This document shows positions 25,232 to 31,770 of a stretch of DNA of 64,000 bases, piece after piece; positions within the stretch are counted from its first letter, which is position 1; the number at the start of each line of letters is the position of its first letter. A program made the translations under genes and the position numbers. The notes under the pieces were generated by a model. The model was not told where the DNA came from, ran no database searches, and saw only the letters and a program-made list of their open reading frames with translations. Source of the DNA: a virus (taxonomy: Duplodnaviria; Caudoviricetes); the IMG/VR virus record IMGVR_UViG_3300025000_000096, positions 649 through 64,648 of that record; one strand, written 5' to 3'.

Positions 25232-26146
25232 ATGAATATTTTTACTTTAGTGGTTACTTACACAGTATTCCTCCCCATGATGTTTGCTCCGGTTATCAAG
25301 CCAGAGGAGTCAAAACTTGGGGGGTACTTTTTAGACGTTCAGACTATGGTACCCCATCAGTGGGGTAAAATCGACAGTCGTTGGGCTGAGGGCACAGAGT
25401 CATCAAACGGTGTATACGACTGGACGTATTTAGACAGAGCAGTAGGCAAGATCCGAGCAGCTGGCGGGTTCGTGATGATAAATATTCATCGAACACCTGA
25501 TTGGGCCAGAACATCCCCCTACAAGTGTCACTTACCCGACGACTTGTTTTATCTGAGAAGGTTTGCAAAGGCCATAATTGACAGGTACCATCCAGAGTAT
25601 TTAGAGTTCTGGAATGAGCCTGAAATGTCACAAGAAACTGCGACCAGCCTACAGAGTTGCTGTGGCTGCCTATACCCAAATGAGTATAGGCTTGCCCTAA
25701 ATGACCTGTACACAAACGTTGTAAATAACACAGACACAAAGTTGGTCGCCGGTGCCTTCCTATTTGATTGGCCCTGGATACAAGAGTTCTTCGAAAGTGG
25801 ACCAGTGGCTGCGGACGTAATATCCTACCACCACTACAATTATGGCTTGGATACAAGCCCGACCAGCCTGCTGATCGAGAGGGGCCTTTTGCAGGGGTAC
25901 ACAAGTATCCCTATCATCTTGACAGAAACAAGTTTGATCTGCGATAAGTGTGCTCCCCAGTTCAGAGATTACCAAGCGCTGTGGATGTATGAAGTCAACA
26001 AGCACGACTTTCCGCTGGTTATCTGGTATAGCCAGGACAACGTTGGCTGGCGGTTTTGCAACTTGACAAGCTCTAAGGGCTTTGTAAAGTACCCAGCCTT
26101 TTACGCTCTTAAGGACATTGTAGAGTCCCCGTGGTGGCTCCCATGA
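25232..26146 (+). CDS. exported clan GH-A glycoside hydrolase (GH5/GH39-like TIM barrel)
   Basis: Signal/TM N-terminus; YDWTYLDRAV, TPDWA, EFWNEP acid/base, DVISYHHY, IILTET nucleophile. Confidence 0.8.
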   Translation: MNIFTLVVTYTVFLPMMFAPVIKPEESKLGGYFLDVQTMVPHQWGKIDSRWAEGTESSNGVYDWTYLDRAVGKIRAAGGFVMINIHRTPDWARTSPYKCHLPDDLFYLRRFAKAIIDRYHPEYLEFWNEPEMSQETATSLQSCCGCLYPNEYRLALNDLYTNVVNNTDTKLVAGAFLFDWPWIQEFFESGPVAADVISYHHYNYGLDTSPTSLLIERGLLQGYTSIPIILTETSLICDKCAPQFRDYQALWMYEVNKHDFPLVIWYSQDNVGWRFCNLTSSKGFVKYPAFYALKDIVESPWWLP

Positions 26147-26601
26147 AAATCTTAACTTCCCTCCTTCTCCTTGTTACTCTTCTGCTGATTAGCTTTTCGG
26201 GTGCGTCTGCAGAGGCTATTTTCCAGCCAGTAATTGGAATCAGCTACCAGCCGACAGAGTACGTGGTCATTGTAACGGCCACGCTCACAAACCCGCACAA
26301 GTCAGTTTGCATGATCAGTCAGGTTGACAGCGGAAACTTCAACTTTACAGTGTGCGAATTTGGAACAGTGTCCTACTTCTGCCACTTACCATTAGCGCCC
26401 GCAGACACTACTGTAGCTTGGGCTGTCAATGCAACAACGGGCAATGGCTGCAACGGCGCATTTACGCCTGGCCCAAGCGGATCTTTCCCAAGTCGAGAGG
26501 CCCCACCAACCGCTGTGAGGGTTGTAAGGGCTCGGGTGTACATTAAGACCTGGATAGCAGATCTGTACAACTTTATCTCACAAAACATATTTCAACGATA
26601 A
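26143..26601 (+). CDS. secreted beta-rich protein with PTAV motif
   Basis: Signal peptide (ASA-E); PPTAVRVV near C-terminus. Confidence 0.65.
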   Translation: MKILTSLLLLVTLLLISFSGASAEAIFQPVIGISYQPTEYVVIVTATLTNPHKSVCMISQVDSGNFNFTVCEFGTVSYFCHLPLAPADTTVAWAVNATTGNGCNGAFTPGPSGSFPSREAPPTAVRVVRARVYIKTWIADLYNFISQNIFQR

Positions 26602-26607
26602 CTACTC

Positions 26608-26680
26608 GGCAGCATAGTTCAGGGGTAAGAACACACGCCTTTTAAGCGTCGAAACGTGGGATCGAGATCCACTACTGCCA
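26608..26680 (+). tRNA. tRNA-Lys(TTT)
   Basis: Loop CT TTT AA; T-loop ATCGAGA. Confidence 0.78.
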
Positions 26681-26780
26681 CTAGCCTGTACCAGCTGAAC
26701 CCAGGCATAATACTGAGCCTGGCTAGACTATACGTGGTAATCCCAGAAATGGGGCAATCTCTTGCTGGCAGGCTTCTTAT

Positions 26781-26871
26781 GTCCTATAGGTGGTATTGGC
26801 GCTACACGCCGCACTTAAAATGTGGTGCTGGACTAACTCCCCAGCTACAAGTTCGAATCTTGTATAGGACA
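26781..26871 (+). tRNA. tRNA-Leu(TAA)
   Basis: GTCCTAT/ATAGGAC; loop CT TAA AA; long variable arm. Confidence 0.85.
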
Positions 26872-26875
26872 CTAC

Positions 26876-26962
26876 GGGCTTATGGTGGAATGCAGACACG
26901 CTACCCTCAGAAGGTAGAGGCCATAGGAATATGCCGTGCAGGGTCGAGTCCTGCTAAGCCCA
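26876..26962 (+). tRNA. tRNA-Leu(CAG)
   Basis: GGGCTTA/TAAGCCC; CTACC-CT CAG AA-GGTAG. Confidence 0.85.
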
Positions 26963-27024
26963 CAAACCCATTGAACAATTAAAGCGCTTATGGCTGGAGG
27001 ACGACACTCCGAATGGGTTTATAC

Positions 27025-27103
27025 GTCCCATTGGCGGAATTGGTCTACGCAATACCCTTAGAAGGTATCCGAAAGGGTCTCAGTCCGAATCTGAGATGGG
27101 ACA
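27025..27103 (+). tRNA. tRNA-Leu(TAG)
   Basis: GTCCCAT/ATGGGAC; ATACC-CT TAG AA-GGTAT. Confidence 0.85.
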
Positions 27104-27153
27104 CACAAAACACCAAATCTGTGGTATACTTAAGGGATCAGGAGACAAACACG

Positions 27154-28122
27154 TTGACAAAGCTACTTGAGGATGCTGTAGCCGGTGTGAATAAGAAGTA
27201 TGGGTCGCTGAGCATTTTAACCCTTGACAGTGACAGCGTAGAGGCGGTGGACGTTATCTCTACTGGATCTTTAATGCTTGACAGGGCAATTGGCGTGGGC
27301 GGGATACCTCGTGGGAAGATCACAGAGATCTACGGACCAGAGTCCTCTGGAAAGACCACCCTCTGCCAGCACATAGTTGCCAATGCTCAGCGTAAAGGAA
27401 TTGCAAGCCTCTACATTGATATGGAGCACGCAACCGACCCCACATACCTTGCAAGGACTGGGGTGGACCTGCACAAGCTGCTCTTCTCCCAGCCGGACGA
27501 TGGAACCCAGGCTCTTGGAATTGCAGAAGATATGATCAAGTCTGGTCAGGTCGGCCTGGTGATCATTGACTCTGTGTCCTCTCTTGTCCCAAAGGCTGAG
27601 GCAGAGGATGCTGACATGGGCGATGCTGTAATGGGCATGCAGGCCAGGTTGATGTCCCAGGCCCTTAGAAAGATCAACCCAGCGATAAAACGATCAAACA
27701 CAGCTGTCATTTTCACAAACCAGTTGCGTAACAAGATTGGAATTTTTTTTGGGAGCTCTGAGACAACCTCTGGTGGGAACGCCCTCAAATTCTACGCCTC
27801 TCTCCGATTGGACATCCGCCGAGCAGAGTTTCTAAAGGTGGGCACGGAGATTGTTGGGATCGAGAGCAAAGTGACCATCAAGAAGAACAAGGTGGCTGCA
27901 CCGTTCAAAGAAGCTAGATTCGAGATCCGTTACCCAAACGGGATAGACGAGGTCTCAGATGTGTTTTCAGCATCCGTTGAAACAGGGGTTATTGAGCAGC
28001 GAGGTGGGCACTACTACTACAACGGTGAGAAGCTGGGTCATGGACGGGACGCTGTATTGGCTATTTTACGATCAGCCCCTGGAACAGTTGAAGATCTGAG
28101 AAATCAGGTATTGACAAGATAG
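27154..28122 (+). CDS. recA: recombinase A
   Basis: GPESSGKTT, IIDSVSSLVPKAE, QARLMSQALRK, ETTSGGNALKFYAS, KNKVAAPFK; TTG start after AGGAG. Confidence 0.97.
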   Translation: MTKLLEDAVAGVNKKYGSLSILTLDSDSVEAVDVISTGSLMLDRAIGVGGIPRGKITEIYGPESSGKTTLCQHIVANAQRKGIASLYIDMEHATDPTYLARTGVDLHKLLFSQPDDGTQALGIAEDMIKSGQVGLVIIDSVSSLVPKAEAEDADMGDAVMGMQARLMSQALRKINPAIKRSNTAVIFTNQLRNKIGIFFGSSETTSGGNALKFYASLRLDIRRAEFLKVGTEIVGIESKVTIKKNKVAAPFKEARFEIRYPNGIDEVSDVFSASVETGVIEQRGGHYYYNGEKLGHGRDAVLAILRSAPGTVEDLRNQVLTR

Positions 28123-28140
28123 CACCTTTGGGTGTATAAT
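28111..28140 (+). promoter_or_regulatory. sigma70-type promoter for tmRNA
   Basis: TTGACA-N18-TATAAT. Confidence 0.85.
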
Positions 28141-28156
28141 TGTAGTTAATAAGAAC

Positions 28157-28436
28157 GGGCCTGAAAAGTTTCGATTCTTGCACATAAAGCTAAGTGGTCA
28201 TGCACAAAAATCAAATGCTAAAGAAGAACCAATCAACGTGACTTCCGAGTTTGAACAGCTCTTTGCCGGGGTTTTCTCCGGGGCAGTGGCAGCCTAGCAC
28301 AGCTAAAAGGCTCCTGGTGGAAAGCCAGTCATCCCTAAACTGGCAAGTATGTACCTCACATAGTAAAATATAGAGGAAAGCATGTAAGGACACGACCCAA
28401 AAGCGAGAAGACGACGCTGCAATGCGTCCAGGTCCA
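28157..28436 (+). ncRNA. ssrA: tmRNA (compact)
   Basis: GGGCCTG/CAGGTCC-A acceptor with G3.U70; TTCTTGC/GCGAGAA and CATGC/GCATG helices; tag 28217-28297 AKEEPINVTSEFEQLFAGVFSGAVAA*. Confidence 0.88.
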
Positions 28437-28507
28437 CAGAATGGGTGACCGGGTAAATCCGGGGGTAGCTTGGAAGAGGCAAACCAGGCAGAACATTAAC
28501 ATAGCAT

Positions 28508-28581
28508 GCCCTTATGGTGGAACGGCTTACACAAGCGCCTCAAAACCGCTACAATTCCAGGTTCGAATCCTGGTAAGGGCA
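28508..28581 (+). tRNA. tRNA-Leu(CAA), very short variable region
   Basis: GCCCTTA/TAAGGGC; loop CT CAA AA; variable region ACAATT. Confidence 0.8.
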
Positions 28582-28671
28582 CAATCCACATTTATGTGGC
28601 GTGGGCATCTGCGTTAATGGCTGTAACGGTTTATATGCTGACACGTAACACGGAGGAAGCATAATTAATTT

Positions 28672-28750
28672 TGTGGGATGCCGCAGTGGACCACCGGCGC
28701 GGGCTCATAACCCGATGATATGATCAGCAGTTCGAATCTGCTTCCCGCAA
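28672..28750 (+). tRNA. initiator tRNA-fMet(CAT)
   Basis: GGG-CT CAT AA-CCC anticodon arm; TTCGAAT. Confidence 0.8.
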
Positions 28751-29338
28751 CTACAAAAGCGTGATGCCTTTGTCAAACTCCCAGTGACAGTTTGGGCATA
28801 GCAGGACAAGGTTATCCGGGTCTGATATTACTGATAGCAGCGTGTCTCCTGAAAAGGAGCTTACAGACTTTATGTGACAGACCTCAACATGTTTATTGTA
28901 CCCACAGACAAAGCACTTTTTCTCTCTTGCCGCTACTGCCTCTATGGCTAGGGTGCGAAACTCGCTCCTTGCAGACTGCCAAGAGTTCCTTTTGGCAAAC
29001 ATTTCTTTCTTGGTTAGGGAAAGTGAGGACCTACCGCCTCTTTTTGTGCATTTGCGGCAGCGTAACCCCCTACTCGACTTACTTGCACCACACTGTAGGC
29101 AGACGTGCTTCTTTGGTGGGCAGCTGATTCCTCGTTGTCGGTTATTAAATATGGCAGCACAGGATCTTGTGCAGAATGTTTTCTGCCGAATATCAGATAC
29201 TTTTTGATCCCCAACCACAATCACCTCTCCGCACTCCTTACAGTGCTTGGGATTCTCGTAGTACTTTGACAATGCTTCGTTTCGCAGTTTTATTGCGGTA
29301 GCTTTTCCACCAGTAGTCCAAGAGTTTCGATTTGGCAT
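28751..29338 (-). CDS. HNH homing endonuclease with zinc fingers
   Basis: YYENPKHCKECG..FCTRSCA; C.VCGY.KHVEVCHIK...DNLVLLCPNCHWEFD; ATG 29338. Confidence 0.88.
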   Translation of the reverse strand: MPNRNSWTTGGKATAIKLRNEALSKYYENPKHCKECGEVIVVGDQKVSDIRQKTFCTRSCAAIFNNRQRGISCPPKKHVCLQCGASKSSRGLRCRKCTKRGGRSSLSLTKKEMFAKRNSWQSARSEFRTLAIEAVAAREKKCFVCGYNKHVEVCHIKSVSSFSGDTLLSVISDPDNLVLLCPNCHWEFDKGITLL

Positions 29339-29406
29339 ATGTAGCGCCCTCCATAGACGCTGATTTCTACAATCAAACTCGAAATACTGCTGCGCTACCA
29401 ACCTAT

Positions 29407-29479
29407 ATCCCCATAATTCATTCAGATAGAATAGTCGCCCCCTAAGCGACAGGGCTCGGAGCATAGCCGAGTGGGGATA
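29407..29479 (+). tRNA. tRNA-Arg(CCT)
   Basis: ATCCCCA/TGGGGAT; GTCGC-CC CCT AA-GCGAC; T-loop AGCATAG. Confidence 0.72.
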
Positions 29480-29695
29480 CATAGCAGACAGGTAATGGTG
29501 ACACCTTGTAAATGCGTGCACGACATCACCCGGCAGTCGAGTTTGCAGCTTGCGTAGCCAAAAACTCTGATGAGCGCCAACTAAACCGAGAGCGCACGAC
29601 AAAAGAAAGTTGATAACTAAACTCCTTTCCAGTTGGCTAGGTAAACTGACTGCGCAAGCTGTTTCCCCGTTCAGATGAAAAACGGGGAACAACAT

Positions 29696-29767
29696 ACCTC
29701 TATCGTTCAACGGATAGGACGGCACATTTCTAAGGTGCATATCTCGGTTCAAGTCCGGGTGGGGGTA
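29696..29767 (+). tRNA. tRNA-Arg(TCT)
   Basis: Loop TT TCT AA; TTCAAGT; D-loop AACGGATA. Confidence 0.85.
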
Positions 29768-29835
29768 CAACAGAGACTGTTATACGTACATAGACCCGGA
29801 TTTAACCAGGGGTATCATAGAACGTCAGATCACTT

Positions 29836-29906
29836 GCCACTTTCGTATAAAGGTATTACACTACTCTGAAGAAGTAATTATCTGGTTTCGAGATCCAGGG
29901 GTGGCA
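29836..29906 (+). tRNA. tRNA-Phe(GAA)
   Basis: GCCACTT/GGGTGGC; loop CT GAA GA; T-loop TTCGAGA closed by T.T. Confidence 0.72.
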
Positions 29907-30085
29907 CAACAGGCGGATTTGCTTGCCGAGGCACGACATCCTTATCAAGGGGGGTGTCGGCCCTTAGAAGTATCGGAGAAATCTAGTGGGTGAGAGACCC
30001 ATCCAATAGGGTGCAAGGCCCAGCACTTTCCCCCATAGCAAAGCTGGTTAAGCTCAATTGTAGCTTGTGGGAGATGGTAACATTT

Positions 30086-30931
30086 ATGGGAAACTCAACA
30101 CACGTAACAGCATTTAGGAAGAGGAGAATCCAATACGCAAGGGGGCTTCTTGGAAGCAAGTGCTGCCTGTGCGGCTACAGTACCTTTGGTGGTGCTTTAG
30201 ACTTTCATCACATAGATCCAGCAGAGAAAGTGTTCATTATTTGCACAAGTAAGACACCCGGATCATTACAGTTTTTCAAAGAGTTGGCTAAGTGTGTCCT
30301 TTTGTGTGCAAATTGTCACCGGGAAGTTGAGGCTGGTGTCACTGAGGTACCCCCAGACGTCTATAGGTACTCCTTCTCGGAGGAGGATGTTAAGCGGTTC
30401 TTTAGCACCGCCAGCAACTATCACGTCAAACCTACCAGGGTGTGCTCAGTGTGTGGGGGTCCTGTCCCTGGACAGAGGGTATACTGCTCTCCCGCTTGTT
30501 CTGGCCTTTCCGCAGAGCATAAACGAAAAATCCCCAGCTCTGTAGAGGAACTAACCAGTCTCCTACAAGAGCATAATTGGAACATATCATCAGTTGCTCG
30601 TTCTCTTTTTGTAACCCAATCTGGGGTTAGGAAGGCCCTTAAGGCTGCTGGCCTGATCCGGCGCAGGGAGACAGCTACTGCGGTTTGCGGTTTTTGCGGG
30701 GAGGAAATCCCCAAGGGCACCTACAATAAGTACTGTTCCCGTGCCTGTCAGAATCGTGGAAATCCTTCTGCGGTGTTATTTGAGGAGGATTTAGCCCGTG
30801 TTTTACAGGAATACGAGCGTAGTGGTTTTATTCTTAGGGTTGCCGCTAGGCAGCTCGGAATAAACTACAGCACGCTAAAGGGTTTTTTGGTCAGAAATAA
30901 AGTATATCATGCCAGTATAACTCAGAGGTAA
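30086..30931 (+). CDS. HNH endonuclease with C-terminal zinc fingers and Fis-like HTHs
   Basis: KCCLCGY....ALDFHHIDP..K...ELAKCVLLCANCHREV; two CxxC..YCSxxC + HTH modules. Confidence 0.85.
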   Translation: MGNSTHVTAFRKRRIQYARGLLGSKCCLCGYSTFGGALDFHHIDPAEKVFIICTSKTPGSLQFFKELAKCVLLCANCHREVEAGVTEVPPDVYRYSFSEEDVKRFFSTASNYHVKPTRVCSVCGGPVPGQRVYCSPACSGLSAEHKRKIPSSVEELTSLLQEHNWNISSVARSLFVTQSGVRKALKAAGLIRRRETATAVCGFCGEEIPKGTYNKYCSRACQNRGNPSAVLFEEDLARVLQEYERSGFILRVAARQLGINYSTLKGFLVRNKVYHASITQR

Positions 30932-30983
30932 GAGTTTCCGCCCCTTAAGCGGAGAGTCGCAGCGTCGAGACCTGCTACTGGCA
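30911..30983 (+). tRNA. tRNA-Lys(CTT)
   Basis: GCCAGTA/TACTGGC; TCCGC-CC CTT AA-GCGGA. Confidence 0.78.
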
Positions 30984-30985
30984 CA

Positions 30986-31061
30986 CGCGCGTTAGTTTAT
31001 TCGGATGAAAGAATGCTCGGCTGTGACCCGAGAGGGAGGGGATCGTAGCCCCTACGTGCGA
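30986..31061 (+). tRNA. tRNA-His(GTG) lacking G-1, with A73
   Basis: CGCGCGT/ACGTGCG-A; CTCGG-CT GTG AC-CCGAG; T-loop ATCGTAG. Confidence 0.78.
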
Positions 31062-31066
31062 CTTTT

Positions 31067-31139
31067 GCTCGCTTAGCATAAGTGGTCAGTGCAGGCGTCT
31101 GATAAATGCCAGAACTGCGTTCAAGTCGCAGAGTGAGCA
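31067..31139 (+). tRNA. tRNA-Ile(GAT)
   Basis: GCTCGCT/AGTGAGC; loop CT GAT AA; TTCAAGT. Confidence 0.88.
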
Positions 31140-31162
31140 CAGCCCCTACGAAGGGGGGAAAT

Positions 31163-31234
31163 GTGTCTATGGTGTAGTTGGTAGCACGAAGGTCTCCAAA
31201 ATCTTTGGCGGTTGTTCAAAGCAACCTAGGCACG
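31163..31234 (+). tRNA. tRNA-Trp(CCA)
   Basis: GTGTCTA/TAGGCAC-G; loop CT CCA AA. Confidence 0.85.
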
Positions 31235-31272
31235 CTGTATCTTGTGTTCTGTTGTCGTTTACCTGGAGAAAG

Positions 31273-31644
31273 ATGAATAGTCTAAAGCCCCTGTTGATCA
31301 TCATTGTTGTTGCTGTAGCCCTCTTGTTTGGCGCTGGCGGGTTTTCATACGTGTACGCAGAGTACATTGCACCATTAGAGGTTCAAAAGGCGTATGAGGA
31401 GATACCAGAGTCTGTTCGACAGGACCCGGACGCTGCATTAACCTTTAACGCCCAAGAAGGCGTTGTAGAGGTTGCTGAAAAAGGCTTCGACACTGTCGCA
31501 GAGGTTGTGCAGAGTGGCAACAGGACCCTTACAACGGTTGTTGTTTCAAGTAATGTTAGAGACATTGTTTTAGTCGTTGGCGTTGTGTTCGGTATCTTCA
31601 TGCTGATGGGTGGTCTCAAGAAACCTAACGGAAGCAGTGCCTAA
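31273..31644 (+). CDS. two-TM membrane protein
   Basis: Hydrophobic helices at both ends; GGAG RBS. Confidence 0.65.
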   Translation: MNSLKPLLIIIVVAVALLFGAGGFSYVYAEYIAPLEVQKAYEEIPESVRQDPDAALTFNAQEGVVEVAEKGFDTVAEVVQSGNRTLTTVVVSSNVRDIVLVVGVVFGIFMLMGGLKKPNGSSA

Positions 31645-31730
31645 TGCCGGACGGCAAGACCCACTTTCATAACTGGAAGAAGCTAATCCCAGCCGCAGGA
31701 GTTTTCTCTTGCGGCTTTTTGCTTATCTAG
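31644..31730 (+). pseudogene. orphaned 5' fragment of DUF2227-like gene
   Basis: TAATG-coupled ORF MPDGKTHFHNWKK... matches MPGGEVHDAEWKK... at 32633. Confidence 0.65.
31691..31721 (+). terminator. intrinsic terminator
   Basis: AGCCGCAGGAG-tttt-CTCTTGCGGCT-TTTT. Confidence 0.7.
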
Positions 31731-31770
31731 GACCAGCTATGATTGTAGTTACTAGACGGAGGCTAATATA

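Noticed and set aside
27013-27153. N-terminal extension of RecA in the ORF track
   Set aside because: Overlaps tRNA-Leu(TAG); RBS supports TTG at 27154
29566-29605. Hammerhead ribozyme (CTGATGAG...)
   Set aside because: Stem II is followed by ACGACAA rather than GAAA, and stems I/III are not evident
29339-29770. N-terminal extension of the minus-strand HNH ORF
   Set aside because: Antisense to two tRNA-Arg genes; GGAGG precedes ATG at 29338
18700-31300. CRISPR array or mini-array in the non-coding island
   Set aside because: No recurring direct repeat of 25-40 nt seen and no cas genes in the window
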